Origin: Escherichia coli
Lineage (GTDB): Bacteria > Pseudomonadota > Gammaproteobacteria > Enterobacterales > Enterobacteriaceae
Assembly (NCBI RefSeq): GCF_003018235.1
Contig: NZ_CP027437.1
Strand: one strand, 5' to 3'
DNA: 64,000 nucleotides
The notes under the pieces are model-generated. The model ran no database searches. It saw only the letters and a list, made by a program, of their open reading frames with translations, and had not been told where the DNA came from. Made by a program: the position numbers and the translations under genes. Positions within the stretch are counted from its first letter, which is position 1. Every line of letters starts with the position of its first letter. Shown here piece by piece: positions 10,926 to 22,655 of this stretch.

Positions 10926-11383
10926 CAACTCAGGTCCGCAAAAACGTCATGGATATGTTTATCGATGGCGCGCGCCGTGGCTTTACTATCGCCACCACCA
11001 ACCTGCTGCCAAACGTGGTGATGGCGTTTGTCATCATTCAGGCGCTGAAAATTACCGGCCTGCTCGACTGGGTAGGGCATATCTGTGAACCGGTAATGGC
11101 GCTGTGGGGATTGCCAGGTGAAGCGGCAACCGTCCTTTTAGCCGCATTAATGAGTATGGGCGGCGCAGTCGGTGTTGCCGCCAGTCTGGCAACCGCTGGC
11201 GCATTAACCGGTCACGATGTCACCGTTTTACTGCCCGCGATGTATTTAATGGGCAACCCGGTGCAAAATGTCGGTCGCTGCCTGGGGACAGCCGAAGTGA
11301 ATGCCAAATATTACCCGCATATCATTACGGTCTGCGTGATTAACGCATTGCTGTCGATCTGGGTTATGCAGCTTATTGTTTAA
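10922..11383 (+). CDS. yjiG: Inner membrane protein YjiG (SpmB-like)
   Basis: 153-aa ORF. Its start overlaps the yjiH stop (ATGA), indicating translational coupling. Confidence 0.75.
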   Translation: MTTQVRKNVMDMFIDGARRGFTIATTNLLPNVVMAFVIIQALKITGLLDWVGHICEPVMALWGLPGEAATVLLAALMSMGGAVGVAASLATAGALTGHDVTVLLPAMYLMGNPVQNVGRCLGTAEVNAKYYPHIITVCVINALLSIWVMQLIV

Positions 11384-11395
11384 CAAGGAGTTACC

Positions 11396-12568
11396 ATGAT
11401 TGATTATACCGCAGCCGGTTTTACCCTGCTGCAGGGAGCGCATTTGTATGCGCCGGAAGATCGGGGAGTTTGCGATGTCCTCGTCGCTAACGGCAAAATT
11501 ATCGCCGTTGCCAGTAATATCCCTTCTGACATTGTACCGGACTGCACGGTTGTCGATCTCAGCGGGCAGATCCTCTGCCCAGGTTTTATTGATCAACACG
11601 TTCATTTGATTGGCGGTGGCGGTGAAGCAGGTCCCACGACGCGCACGCCGGAAGTGGCGTTAAGTCGTCTGACGGAAGCGGGCGTCACGTCAGTGGTTGG
11701 TCTGCTCGGCACTGACTCTATCTCTCGTCACCCGGAATCCCTGCTCGCCAAGACCCGTGCGCTCAATGAAGAAGGCATCAGCGCCTGGATGCTGACCGGC
11801 GCTTATCATGTCCCTTCCCGCACCATTACAGGTTCCGTGGAAAAAGACGTGGCGATTATCGATCGCGTGATTGGTGTGAAATGCGCCATCTCTGATCACC
11901 GTTCTGCCGCACCTGACGTTTATCACCTGGCTAATATGGCGGCGGAATCCCGCGTTGGCGGTTTGCTCGGCGGCAAACCTGGCGTCACCGTGTTCCACAT
12001 GGGCGACAGTAAAAAGGCGTTACAGCCTGTCTATGACCTGCTGGAAAACTGCGATGTGCCGATCAGCAAGCTGCTGCCGACCCACGTTAACCGCAACGTT
12101 CCGTTGTTTGAGCAGGCGCTGGAGTTCGCGCGCAAAGGCGGCACCATCGACATCACCAGCAGCATTGACGAACCGGTCGCCCCTGCCGAAGGTATTGCCC
12201 GCGCCGTTCAGGCGGGTATTCCGCTGGCACGCGTCACCCTCAGCTCCGACGGCAACGGTAGCCAACCGTTCTTCGATGATGAAGGGAATTTAACCCATAT
12301 CGGTGTTGCAGGTTTTGAAACGTTGCTGGAAACCGTGCAGGTGCTGGTCAAAGACTATGATTTCAGTATCAGCGATGCCCTGCGCCCGCTCACCAGTAGC
12401 GTAGCCGGTTTCCTTAACCTGAGCGGGAAAGGCGAAATTCTGCCAGGCAATGACGCAGACTTACTGGTCATGACGCCAGAATTGCGCATTGAGCAGGTAT
12501 ACGCTCGCGGCAAACTGATGGTCAAAGACGGCAAAGCCTGCGTGAAAGGAACGTTTGAAACGGCTTAA
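11396..12568 (+). CDS. iadA: Isoaspartyl dipeptidase
   Basis: 390-aa ORF. Amidohydrolase metal-binding HxH motif (IDQHVHLIGGGG). Confidence 0.85.
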   Translation: MIDYTAAGFTLLQGAHLYAPEDRGVCDVLVANGKIIAVASNIPSDIVPDCTVVDLSGQILCPGFIDQHVHLIGGGGEAGPTTRTPEVALSRLTEAGVTSVVGLLGTDSISRHPESLLAKTRALNEEGISAWMLTGAYHVPSRTITGSVEKDVAIIDRVIGVKCAISDHRSAAPDVYHLANMAAESRVGGLLGGKPGVTVFHMGDSKKALQPVYDLLENCDVPISKLLPTHVNRNVPLFEQALEFARKGGTIDITSSIDEPVAPAEGIARAVQAGIPLARVTLSSDGNGSQPFFDDEGNLTHIGVAGFETLLETVQVLVKDYDFSISDALRPLTSSVAGFLNLSGKGEILPGNDADLLVMTPELRIEQVYARGKLMVKDGKACVKGTFETA

Positions 12569-12632
12569 ACGGTTGTCAGCCGCCCGAATGGACGTAGAAT
12601 ACCCGCAAGGGCGGCTGACAGAGTAAAACGTA

Positions 12633-13544
12633 ATGGATGACTGTGGTGCGGTTTTGCATAATATTGAAACAAAATGGCTTTATGATTTTCTGACCCTGGA
12701 AAAATGCCGCAACTTTTCCCAGGCGGCAGTCAGTCGCAACGTCTCGCAACCGGCATTCAGCCGCCGCATCCGTGCACTGGAACAGGCGATTGGCGTTGAA
12801 TTGTTTAACCGCCAGGTGACGCCGCTGCAACTCTCGGAACAAGGGAAAATCTTTCATTCGCAGATCCGCCATCTGTTGCAACAGTTAGAAAGCAACCTGG
12901 CAGAGCTGCGTGGCGGCAGCGATTACGCGCAACGTAAAATCAAGATAGCCGCTGCACACTCTCTTTCCCTCGGTCTGTTACCGTCCATTATCAGCCAGAT
13001 GCCGCCGCTCTTTACCTGGGCGATTGAAGCCATTGATGTTGATGAAGCGGTCGATAAACTGCGTGAAGGGCAAAGTGACTGTATTTTTTCCTTTCACGAC
13101 GAAGATTTGCTGGAAGCGCCGTTTGACCACATTCGCTTATTTGAATCTCAATTGTTCCCCGTCTGCGCCAGTGACGAACACGGAGAAGCACTGTTTACCC
13201 TCGCGCAGCCACACTTTCCGTTACTGAATTACAGCCGCAACTCCTACATGGGGCGATTGATTAATCGCACCCTGACGCGCCACAGCGAGTTAAGTTTCAG
13301 CACCTTTTTTGTCTCTTCGATGAGCGAGCTATTAAAGCAGGTTGCCCTCGACGGCTGTGGGATTGCCTGGCTGCCGGAATACGCCATCCAACAAGAAATT
13401 CGCAGCGGGCAGCTCGTTGTACTGAATCGGGAAGAACTGGTGATCCCGATTCAGGCCTACGCATACAGGATGAACACCCGTATGAATCCCGTTGCCGAAC
13501 GCTTCTGGCGTGAACTGCGCGAACTGGAGATTGTGCTTAGCTGA
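12633..13544 (+). CDS. hypT: LysR-type transcriptional regulator HypT (YjiE)
   Basis: 303-aa ORF. N-terminal LysR HTH ([39 protein letters not shown]). Confidence 0.8.
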   Translation: MDDCGAVLHNIETKWLYDFLTLEKCRNFSQAAVSRNVSQPAFSRRIRALEQAIGVELFNRQVTPLQLSEQGKIFHSQIRHLLQQLESNLAELRGGSDYAQRKIKIAAAHSLSLGLLPSIISQMPPLFTWAIEAIDVDEAVDKLREGQSDCIFSFHDEDLLEAPFDHIRLFESQLFPVCASDEHGEALFTLAQPHFPLLNYSRNSYMGRLINRTLTRHSELSFSTFFVSSMSELLKQVALDGCGIAWLPEYAIQQEIRSGQLVVLNREELVIPIQAYAYRMNTRMNPVAERFWRELRELEIVLS

Positions 13545-13929
13545 CATTCTCCAGCGTCGCACTACGCCAACCGCCATTATCCCAGACCAGATCAAACGTT
13601 AGCGGTTCATCGTCGTGGTACAGCATTATCTCAAGGCTGATCGCCAGCGTGTGGCAGTACGCTTCTTTCAAATTGACCTGCAACGCCGCAATCCGTGGCT
13701 CATGAAATAACAGTGCAGAACGCAGCTGACGGCAATACCAGCTCTGAAGATGTTTGTCGCTCTGGTTATGCACTTGCCACTCGGGCATGCCTGAAACAAG
13801 TAATGACGGTAATGCCGAATGAGGAGAATTAAAAAGAGTGAGGAGATCGCTGCATACCGATTTACGCAGCGATGACGTTTTATTGCCTGAAATTTCAGGT
13901 AAAACAGCCTGAAGTGATTGGCGCATCAT
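13537..13929 (-). CDS. iraD: Anti-adaptor protein IraD (RpoS stabiliser)
   Basis: 130 aa from [10 protein letters not shown]. Convergent with and overlapping the hypT 3' end. Confidence 0.75.
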   Translation of the reverse strand: MMRQSLQAVLPEISGNKTSSLRKSVCSDLLTLFNSPHSALPSLLVSGMPEWQVHNQSDKHLQSWYCRQLRSALLFHEPRIAALQVNLKEAYCHTLAISLEIMLYHDDEPLTFDLVWDNGGWRSATLENVS

Positions 13930-14600
13930 TTTGCGCACTCCTGACGTTTAGCAACATATGCGGCTTGCCCTGAACACCGGGCACCACTGTATTGATGCTC
14001 ATTTTCCATAGCCATTCCCTTTTGTTCATTACATCCATGTCAGTCTGAGACAGGCCTGAATCCTGTCAGCAAAGTATAAAACCTTACTTGCCTATGAATA
14101 TCTACTGACTTTTCAGGAAAAAAGTCATGATTTGATAAAAATCATCAAACTCAAAAAAAAACCGCTACTATATTCTGAATATTCCGAATAGTTACGTAGA
14201 TGAAAATACTTGTCACCGCCGCCACTTAATTTCGGTGGGGAATTATTTATTTCCGCATAATCATTCATGCATTATTTGAAACAATTAGTTTGTAAATAAT
14301 ATAAATTGATAACATATCAAATACATCAAAAATACCATTCACAGGCATTATTAATATAGACATCAATATAGCAACATCAAATTCCAATTAGTAATAAGAT
14401 ATGCTTTTAAATTGCATGCAAATAATTTTAAATGAGCGTTTTTTGATACTTTAGAGTGTTTCCCACCCTTTAATATCACTGTGTAGAGTTGATATCACTA
14501 CAACAGAAACATGCATGTCATTTGTTTACTTCTCTTTTTACTACAGAAAAATTTATCTATTTTTCTAAGCATCAGTGAAATACTCATAAAGGTAACTATT

Positions 14601-15431
14601 ATGTCTATGCCATTAAGCAATGCCCTTCAGAGTCAAATTATTACAGATAATCACTTCCTTCATCATCCAAAAGTCGACAATAAGTTAACACGTGAATATG
14701 AATATGCACGCATGGATACGGAAAATATCTATCTTCTGCCTCTTGCTCGTGGCAATAACCATAATTACGATGGAAAAAGCGTTGTCGAAATTAGAAAACT
14801 TAATATTAGCAAACAGTCCTGGCCATTTAATTATGTGACAGAAACATGCAGAGAATTCAATGGTATTACAACAACAGGACGTATGCTCTATCGAAACTTG
14901 AAAATCACCTCAGCTTTAGACGAAATATATGGTGGTATATGTAAAAAGGCGCATGCTGCCACAGAGTTAGCGGAAGGATTACAACTAAATTTATTTATGA
15001 AGAGCCCCTCCGATCCTGTAGAGGACTATACTGTGCATGAAATAACATTAGGCCCTGGCTGCAATGTTCCTGGTTATGCCGGAACCACGATAGGATATAT
15101 TTCAACACTTCCAGTTTCTCAGGCAAAAAGATGGACAAATGAGCAGCCAAGGATTGATATCTATATTGATCAGATAATGACGGTAACAGGGGTAGCAAAT
15201 TCTTCCGGATTCGCCGTTGCCGCATTACTTAATGCTAATATTGATATGGGAAATGACCCAATAATCGGTATAGAAGCCTATCCCGGTACCGCGGAGATCC
15301 ATGCAAAAATGGGGTATAAAGTTATCCCCGGTGATGAAAATGCGCCACTTAAACGTATGACTCTGCAACCGTCATCTCTTCCAGAACTGTTTGAATTAAA
15401 AAATGGTGAATGGAATTATATTGGTAAATAA
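14601..15431 (+). CDS. yjiC: Uncharacterised protein YjiC
   Basis: 276 aa from MSMPLSNALQ. AT-rich gene with a long AT-rich upstream region. Confidence 0.6.
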   Translation: MSMPLSNALQSQIITDNHFLHHPKVDNKLTREYEYARMDTENIYLLPLARGNNHNYDGKSVVEIRKLNISKQSWPFNYVTETCREFNGITTTGRMLYRNLKITSALDEIYGGICKKAHAATELAEGLQLNLFMKSPSDPVEDYTVHEITLGPGCNVPGYAGTTIGYISTLPVSQAKRWTNEQPRIDIYIDQIMTVTGVANSSGFAVAALLNANIDMGNDPIIGIEAYPGTAEIHAKMGYKVIPGDENAPLKRMTLQPSSLPELFELKNGEWNYIGK

Positions 15432-15571
15432 CCACTGAGAAGAATGAGTACTAATATTCAGGTTATACAGATAGTTAAACAATACCCTGCAATTTACAAA
15501 GTAATACTCATTGCAACTTCTTAATTTAAGAAAGCGCAAGGAACGTTTACCCTTGCGCTTATCATAATCAG

Positions 15572-16345
15572 TCAGGCGTCGACTTTATCCAACGGCCATG
15601 AATCAAACAGATAGCCGTCAAAATAAATATCGTCAACGTTCGAGAATTCCAGCAGACGTTGCTTAACGTTTTCCAGATGCTGCCACATTGCCAGCTTCGC
15701 CGCACGGGCATCTTTTTTGATTAACGCGGCGAGGATCTGTTTGTGATCGCCCAACCACTCTTTGCGATACAGGCTGTCATCCAGATGGCTGTGCAACTGG
15801 ATCCACATCGGATTGTTTTCCCGCCACTGCCAGGACTGACGGAATAGCTCCACCAGCATGCTGTTATGCGTCGCTTCGGCAATGGCGAGATGGAACTGCA
15901 TGTCACCACTTTCGCTGCTGCCCGGCGCGCTGGAAGCAAGCTCACGCTCTTCCAGTTGCAATGCCTGACGCATTTTGACGATATCTTCGCGGGTAGCCTG
16001 CAGGGCGGCAAATTCCGCGATGTTACTTTCCAGTAACTGACGCGCCTGTAACAGCTCAAAAGGACCGGCATCATTGCAGACGTTGGCATCCGGACTGTCT
16101 GTGTTGTGGCTGCCTGAGCTATCAAGAACATAAATACCGGCACCCCGGCGCACTTCCACCAGCCCTTTGATCTCCAGCATGATCAGCGCTTCACGTACCA
16201 CCGTCCGCGTGACATCAAGCATTTCTGCAATTTCACGCTCCGGCGGCAGCCGTTCGCCAGGATTGTACGGTGTCTTTATGATCAGATCGCGGATCATCGC
16301 CCCGACTTCCTGGTAAGGTCTTTGCGCAGAGGTGGCAGATTTCAT
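15572..16345 (-). CDS. uxuR: GntR/FadR-family transcriptional repressor UxuR
   Basis: 257-aa ORF. GntR-type HTH (GERLPPEREIAEMLDVTRTVVREALIMLEIKGLVEVRRGAGIYV). Confidence 0.85.
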   Translation of the reverse strand: MKSATSAQRPYQEVGAMIRDLIIKTPYNPGERLPPEREIAEMLDVTRTVVREALIMLEIKGLVEVRRGAGIYVLDSSGSHNTDSPDANVCNDAGPFELLQARQLLESNIAEFAALQATREDIVKMRQALQLEERELASSAPGSSESGDMQFHLAIAEATHNSMLVELFRQSWQWRENNPMWIQLHSHLDDSLYRKEWLGDHKQILAALIKKDARAAKLAMWQHLENVKQRLLEFSNVDDIYFDGYLFDSWPLDKVDA

Positions 16346-16383
16346 GGTGTTGTGTCCGTTAGGTGCGGTTAATCAAATTTTTG

Positions 16384-16420
16384 CCGGATGCGGCGTGAAC
16401 GTCTTATCCGGCCTACAACG
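16384..16420. repeat. REP element
   Basis: gccggatgcggcgtgaacgtcttatccggcctac matches the REP consensus. Confidence 0.7.
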
Positions 16421-16487
16421 GGCAATTTTACGGCACCCGTTAATCTCAAACTATACCATTAGCACTGGAAGTTGGCACGTACAGGTG

Positions 16488-16534
16488 GGCAAAAAAACGA
16501 AAACTGGTCAACCAAATATGCGTTTGATTGACCA
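16488..16534 (-). terminator. Rho-independent terminator downstream of uxuB
   Basis: 13-bp inverted repeat CTGGTCAACCAAA / TTTGATTGACCAG with a 6-nt loop. On the minus strand it is followed by TTTTCGTTTTTTT. Confidence 0.6.
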
Positions 16535-16559
16535 GTAAGTCTGTAGGGTAATCAGTTAG

Positions 16560-18020
16560 TTACAGCGCAGCCACACACTCGCGCGCACCGCGTTCGCACA
16601 GCTGCTGATATGCCGCCGTCACCGCGCCAACAAAGTCGGCATTCTGCGGCAGATCATCGGCAAAAATACCGCTCAGGCCCAGCAGCGCTTTCACGCGGTC
16701 TGCGCCCTGATACTGCGCGTTGATCTTCTGGAACTCCGCCAGCATCGGGTCGACCACGTCAATAGCTTTACCCTGCTCATCCACGCCCTGGGTGTAACGC
16801 ATCCAGCCAGCCACGCCCAGCGCCAGGTGACGCCAGCTACCGCCGTTTTGCAGATGCAGACGCACCGGATCCAGCAGACGCTGCGGTAACTTCTGGCTGC
16901 CGTCCATCGCAATCTGCCAGGTACGGTGACGCAGAGACGGGTTGCTGAAACGCTCGATCAGCAGAGTCGCATAGGCGTTCAGGTCTGTACCTTCCGGCAT
17001 CGACAGCGTTGGCGCTTGTTCCTGCATCATCAGGGCAAAGGCCGCTTTGCGATAATCCGGATTAGTCATGGTGTCGGCAATAGTTTCATAGCCGCCGAGG
17101 TAACCGAGGTACGCCAGGAAAGAGTGGCTGCCGTTCAGCATACGCAGTTTCATCATTTCGAACGGCACAACGTCTGCAACGAACTGTGCGCCCACTTTAT
17201 CCCAGTCCGGGCGACCATTAACGAAGTTATCTTCAATCACCCACTGACGGAACGGTTCGCAGGCAATGGCGCATGGGTCGTAAACACCCAGCTGGTCAGC
17301 AATTTCCTGTAAGGTTTCTGGCGTCGCCGCCGGAACGATGCGGTCAACCATGGTGCACGGGAAGGTGACGTTCTCTTCAATCCATGCCGCCAGCTGTGGA
17401 TCACGCGCCTGAGCCAGCCCCAGAACCGCGACCTTCGCCACATGACCGTTTTCACGCACGTTGTCGCAGGACATCACAGTAAACGCTTTCAACCCTTTTT
17501 CACGACGCAGACGCAAGGCTTCGACGATGTAACCAATCGCGGACTTCGGCGCAGTCGGATTTTCCAGATCGTGCTTGATCAGCGGGTTATTGAGATCCAG
17601 CTGACCGCTTGCCGCATCGGCGCAATAACCTTTCTCTGTGACCGTCAGGGAGACAATCGCCGTCTGCGGACGCGCCATCGCGTTGAGAATACCTTCACAA
17701 CCGTCGATTTCCGGATGCAGGGCTTCTTTCATCGAACCGATAATTTTCAGCTCGGTGCTTTCTGCGCCTTTTTCCGCCACGGTGTACAGCAGTTGCTGTT
17801 TTTTCAGGTTTTCGATCAGCACGCGGTCGTTACCTGGCATCAGGTTAACTTCGCAGATACCCCAGTCGCTGTCGGTGCTTTCCAGCAGATGATGGGTATA
17901 CAGCGCCTGGTGCGCGCGGTGAAACGCCCCGCAACCGAGATGCACAATGCGTGATTCCAGACGAGAATGATCCCATGACGGGCGGGCAACCGGCAGATTG
18001 CTGTCAACAATAGTAGTCAT
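16560..18020 (-). CDS. uxuB: D-mannonate oxidoreductase
   Basis: 486-aa ORF of the mannitol dehydrogenase family. Sits in uxuA-uxuB-uxuR synteny. Confidence 0.85.
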   Translation of the reverse strand: MTTIVDSNLPVARPSWDHSRLESRIVHLGCGAFHRAHQALYTHHLLESTDSDWGICEVNLMPGNDRVLIENLKKQQLLYTVAEKGAESTELKIIGSMKEALHPEIDGCEGILNAMARPQTAIVSLTVTEKGYCADAASGQLDLNNPLIKHDLENPTAPKSAIGYIVEALRLRREKGLKAFTVMSCDNVRENGHVAKVAVLGLAQARDPQLAAWIEENVTFPCTMVDRIVPAATPETLQEIADQLGVYDPCAIACEPFRQWVIEDNFVNGRPDWDKVGAQFVADVVPFEMMKLRMLNGSHSFLAYLGYLGGYETIADTMTNPDYRKAAFALMMQEQAPTLSMPEGTDLNAYATLLIERFSNPSLRHRTWQIAMDGSQKLPQRLLDPVRLHLQNGGSWRHLALGVAGWMRYTQGVDEQGKAIDVVDPMLAEFQKINAQYQGADRVKALLGLSGIFADDLPQNADFVGAVTAAYQQLCERGARECVAAL

Positions 18021-18100
18021 CGTAAACTCCAGAATCCGTCTTCAGAGAGTGACGGCAAGGAAGAAGGAACCGGCACGGCGCGCAGCCATGCCGGTGGATA

Positions 18101-19285
18101 TTAACGGCTAAAGAAAGCGCGCTGGATCGCCAGTTCGACACCGCGAACTTCGGCCAGGCCTTTCAGACGACCAATTGCGGAGTAACCTGGGTTGGTTTTC
18201 TTCTTCAGGTCGTCCAGCATCTGATGACCGTGGTCCGGACGCATCGGGATCAGGTCTTCTTTGCCTTCCGCTTTACGACGGTGTTCTTCTTCAACAATCG
18301 CTTTCACCACTTCGTACATATCAACGTCACCGTTCAGGTGCGCCGCTTCGTGGAAGGTTTTCGGGTTATCTTCACGCATGGTGGAGCGCAGATGGGTGAA
18401 GTAAATGCGCGGACCAAACTGCTTGATCATATCAACCAGATCGTTGTCAGCACGCACGCCGTAGGAACCGGTGCACATGGTGAAACCGTTCGCCATGCTG
18501 TTTACGGTATCAACCATCCACTGCATATCTTCAATGGTGGAAACAATGCGCGGCAGGCCGAGGATCGGGCGCGGCGGATCGTCCGGGTGAACAGCCATAC
18601 GCACGCCGACTTCTTCGGCAACCGGAATAATCGCTTTCAGGAAGACAGCGAAGTTTTCGCGCAGTTTGGCTTTGTCGATATCTTTGTACAGCTCCAGGTG
18701 CTTACGGAACTGGTCGAGGGTATACCCTTCTTCCGCGCCCGGCAGACCGGCAATGATGTTACGGGTCAGACGCGCTTTGTCTTCGTCGCTCATAGTGGCG
18801 AAGCGTTCAGCGGCCTGAGCAATTTCTTCTTCGGTGTAATCCGCTTCCGCGCCTGGACGCTTGAGGATATGCATTTCGAATGCAGCGAATTCGATCTGGT
18901 CGAAGCGCAGAGCTTTGGAGCCGTCTGGCAGCACGTATTCGAGGTCAGTACGGGTCCAGTCGAGCACCGGCATGAAGTTGTAGCACACGGTGCGAATGCC
19001 GCACTGCGCCAGGTTGCGCAGAGTCTGCTGATAGTTAGCGATCCACTGTTCATAGTTGCCAGTGTGGGTTTTGATATCTTCGTGAATTGGCACGCTTTCT
19101 ACGACAGACCATACCAGGCCTGCGTCTTCAACGATCGCCTTGCGTTTGAGGATCTCTTCTACGGACCATACTTCGCCGTTCGGGATATGGTGCAGCGCGG
19201 TAACCACGCCAGTTGCGCCCGCCTGACGGACATCAGCTAAAGAAACCGGATCGTTTGGGCCGTACCAGCGCCAGGTCTGTTCCAT
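18101..19285 (-). CDS. uxuA: D-mannonate dehydratase
   Basis: 394 aa from [14 protein letters not shown]. The track ORF extends 12 codons further upstream. Confidence 0.85.
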
Positions 19286-19446
19286 GATTTTTCCTCTTTC
19301 ACATAGTGGGTTCCACAGCAAAGAGACGTGGAGCCCCGGAGTTGTTTAGGTATCCGGATGAACAACCAGACCGCAGCCGTGGCGTTGCATCGGATGAGAT
19401 GGCGTATAAGTTCTACCTTTTGGTAAGACATGTCAACCCGAAATCT

Positions 19447-19463
19447 AAAATTGGTTAACCACA
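19447..19463. promoter_or_regulatory. Candidate UxuR/ExuR operator (aaaaTTGGTtAACCAca palindrome) in the uxuA-gntP divergent region
   Basis: Palindromic TGGT-N2-ACCA core typical of FadR-subfamily GntR operators, between the divergent uxuA and gntP genes. Confidence 0.5.
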
Positions 19464-19624
19464 TCACAAGAATTTCACTCTCCTGGTTGTTGCTGCAAAT
19501 TGCAGCAAAGGGTAATCGATGGTTATTGATCAGAGGATGTGACATTCATCGCAACAATGGTTGACCAATTTACATAACATGTCGCCCAAAATAACAACGG
19601 TTCAACCAGGTAAGGTAAAACGTT

Positions 19625-20968
19625 ATGCATGTGCTTAACATTCTCTGGGTGGTATTCGGCATTGGTCTGATGCTGGTACTGAATTTGAAGTTCAAAATCA
19701 ATTCAATGGTGGCTTTGTTGGTGGCGGCGCTGTCCGTCGGGATGCTGGCGGGCATGGATTTGATGTCGCTGCTGCACACCATGAAAGCGGGCTTCGGCAA
19801 CACGCTGGGGGAACTGGCTATCATCGTGGTGTTCGGTGCGGTCATCGGTAAATTGATGGTCGACTCCGGCGCGGCGCACCAGATAGCGCATACGCTGCTG
19901 GCGCGTCTCGGTCTGCGCTATGTACAGCTGTCGGTGATTATCATCGGCCTGATTTTCGGTCTGGCGATGTTTTATGAAGTGGCCTTTATCATGTTAGCGC
20001 CGCTGGTTATTGTTATTGCCGCCGAAGCTAAAATTCCGTTCCTGAAACTGGCGATCCCGGCAGTAGCAGCTGCCACTACCGCACATTCACTGTTCCCACC
20101 GCAGCCGGGTCCGGTGGCGCTGGTGAATGCTTATGGCGCGGATATGGGGATGGTTTATATCTATGGCGTACTGGTGACGATCCCAAGTGTCATCTGCGCA
20201 GGTCTGATCCTGCCGAAGTTCCTCGGCAATCTTGAGCGCCCAACGCCATCATTCCTGAAAGCAGATCAACCGGTAGATATGAATAATCTGCCCTCTTTCG
20301 GCGTTTCGATTCTGGTGCCGCTGATCCCGGCGATCATTATGATCTCTACCACCATCGCCAATATCTGGCTGGTAAAAGATACCCCTGCCTGGGAAGTGGT
20401 TAACTTTATCGGTTCCTCGCCGATTGCAATGTTTATTGCGATGGTGGTTGCATTCGTACTCTTCGGCACCGCGCGCGGGCACGATATGCAGTGGGTGATG
20501 AACGCTTTTGAAAGCGCGGTGAAGAGTATTGCAATGGTGATTCTGATCATCGGTGCGGGTGGCGTGCTGAAGCAGACCATCATCGACACCGGCATTGGCG
20601 ACACCATCGGCATGTTGATGTCCCACGGCAATATCTCGCCCTACATCATGGCATGGCTGATCACCGTACTGATTCGTCTGGCGACGGGTCAGGGTGTCGT
20701 TTCGGCGATGACCGCTGCCGGGATTATCAGTGCAGCAATCCTTGATCCAGCAACTGGTCAGCTGGTTGGCGTGAATCCGGCGCTGCTGGTACTGGCGACG
20801 GCTGCGGGTTCCAACACCCTCACCCACATTAACGATGCATCTTTCTGGTTGTTCAAAGGTTACTTTGACCTGTCAGTAAAAGATACGTTGAAAACCTGGG
20901 GTCTGCTGGAGCTGGTCAACTCCGTGGTTGGGCTGATTATTGTGCTGATTATTAGCATGGTAGCGTAA
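19625..20968 (+). CDS. gntP: Fructuronate/gluconate transporter (GntP family)
   Basis: 447-aa hydrophobic ORF of the GntP permease family. Confidence 0.85.
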
Positions 20969-21040
20969 AAGAACACCTGAGCCTGCCATTGGCAGGCTCT
21001 GACTGATGACAAAGTCTAAAAATGTGCCCGGCCAGTCCCC

Positions 21041-21190
21041 TCGCCCCTCCGGGGAGAGGGTTAGGGTGAGGGGAACAGACCAGCAAAGTGCGCTTTGTTT
21101 ATGCCAGATGCGACGCTGACGCGTCTTATCTGGCCTACAAAGGGCTAACGTGCAGGTTTTGTAGGTCTGATAGCGTAGCGCCTCAGGTAC
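21041..21190. repeat. Composite extragenic repeat: GC-rich boxC-like palindrome followed by two inverted REP copies (BIME)
   Basis: cccctcgcccctccggggagagggttagggtgagggg, then gccagatgcgacgctgacgcgtcttatctggcctac and an inverted REP-like copy. The core CCCTCACCCTAACCCTCTCC is shared with 52261-52282. Confidence 0.65.
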
Positions 21191-21217
21191 CAGCATTAGC
21201 AATGCGCTGTAATTTTT

Positions 21218-22120
21218 TTATTGATAAACAAAAGTCACGCCAATAATCGATTGCACATTCCCTGCAGTCACCTGCCCTCCGGTACGTGCGTAATTTGCCG
21301 TTAATCCCAGACTTACCGCCGAAGTCCCTACTGCTCCTAACGATACCGTGTTATTCGCTGGAATAATCGTACCGTTGCGCGTCAACTGTACGCCGACGCC
21401 CTGCGCTGGTGAAAACGACGCGGTATTGGTGAAAATCGAGTTGCCCGCATCTGCGGTTGTGCCGGAGAGGTAATACCCCAGGTTTTGGCTTTTCGCACAA
21501 TAAACGGTAAGAGGAATTGGCACTGAACCAGGGTAGTCCGGCAGAGTAACGGTGACATCACGAGCAGAAACATCACAGCCGCCAGTAGGCACCACCACAT
21601 CATTATTGGCGTAAATATTCCACACAAACTGGAAATCATCGCTGTTATAGTTGTTGGTCTGTCGCAAAATTAGCACGGCAATTAATGAGCCAGCTTTAAT
21701 CGCCACCCCGCCCGCACTGCTCACAGGCGTCAAATAAAGCGCCACCGGCCACGGCTTATCCGTTCTCGAATTATAAACAACCCGCGGCGTTTCGCTGGTG
21801 GTAGGAAATGGATAGCTACTGCCACTATATTTTACGGTCCCGGAAAAATTAGATAACACGCCGCCATAAGCCGAACCTCGTTGCAGTGTGACATAGTCTG
21901 TAATGGTTTCCGGGTAATCGTTATGGCAAAAGATTTGCGTCGAAAGATCCACGACCAGGTTTTGCCCCACATTCACGGCGGGCGCAAGGTTTACATAAAC
22001 ATTGGCGCTGCCACCGCCAATAGGGATAGCGGTGCCATTGGCGGTTTTACAGGCGAATGACCAGGCATTTACCGACCAGCCCATCAGCAGTACAGCAAAC
22101 AGGGTAATAACTCGTTTCAT
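21218..22120 (-). CDS. fimH: Type 1 fimbrial adhesin (mannose-binding)
   Basis: 300 aa from MKRVITLFAVLL. Characteristic FACKTANGTAIPIGGGSANVYVNLAP lectin domain. Confidence 0.95.
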   Translation of the reverse strand: MKRVITLFAVLLMGWSVNAWSFACKTANGTAIPIGGGSANVYVNLAPAVNVGQNLVVDLSTQIFCHNDYPETITDYVTLQRGSAYGGVLSNFSGTVKYSGSSYPFPTTSETPRVVYNSRTDKPWPVALYLTPVSSAGGVAIKAGSLIAVLILRQTNNYNSDDFQFVWNIYANNDVVVPTGGCDVSARDVTVTLPDYPGSVPIPLTVYCAKSQNLGYYLSGTTADAGNSIFTNTASFSPAQGVGVQLTRNGTIIPANNTVSLGAVGTSAVSLGLTANYARTGGQVTAGNVQSIIGVTFVYQ

Positions 22121-22139
22121 TACAATCATCTCTTCGGCT

Positions 22140-22643
22140 TCAGCTGTAGGTATAGGTGATGCTAATCACTGCCTGAATGGTTCCCTGAGTGGCTCCGCCA
22201 TTTACCGTCAATGCTCTGACCTGTAACGGGAAGTGCGCTGATTGTGAGGAATCATCCACCTGAACTGTTTTGGTTGCGCCAGTATTCAATGTGTTGCCAC
22301 TGTCATCCTGTAGCTCTAACTGGATGTTTTGCGCGGTCCCCTGGTTTTTATAATATCCGGTACTGTCGGCTGCCCCGCTGAAGCTGGCGGTGACCCTCGA
22401 CGTTCCCACCGGACAATTAGTCAACTCAAGCGCAACATCATGCCAGGCCGATGCCGCCCCGGCAGACATCAGACTGAAAGAATAAAGATCGCCGAGATCT
22501 ACCGTGGCATTGGTGGTGGAAACCGTGCACGGTTTGGCGACGACCTTACCGTTCACCGTGATGGTGACATCGGCTGCCTGTATCGTCGCACTTGCGAGCG
22601 CCAACATTGCCGCCAATAAATACCCACGTTTGCGCCATTTCAT
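22140..22643 (-). CDS. fimG: Type 1 fimbrial minor subunit
   Basis: 167 aa. Pilin fold with a C-terminal beta-strand motif. Synteny within the fim operon. Confidence 0.9.
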   Translation of the reverse strand: MKWRKRGYLLAAMLALASATIQAADVTITVNGKVVAKPCTVSTTNATVDLGDLYSFSLMSAGAASAWHDVALELTNCPVGTSRVTASFSGAADSTGYYKNQGTAQNIQLELQDDSGNTLNTGATKTVQVDDSSQSAHFPLQVRALTVNGGATQGTIQAVISITYTYS

Positions 22644-22655
22644 GAGCATCTCCAG

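Noticed and set aside
12573-12622. Inverted repeat GTCAGCCGCCC / GGGCGGCTGAC between iadA and hypT as a riboswitch or terminator
   Set aside because: The loop is large (about 26 nt), there is no U-tract and no recognisable riboswitch motif. Function undetermined.
18224-19240. 338-aa ORF antisense to uxuA
   Set aside because: It lies entirely within the conserved uxuA gene on the opposite strand, and its translation is low-complexity and His/Phe/Val-rich. Typical shadow ORF.
20980-20998. Hairpin AGCCTGCCATTGGCAGGCT after gntP as an intrinsic terminator
   Set aside because: There is no T-tract after the stem. It may be part of the adjacent extragenic repeat rather than a classical terminator.
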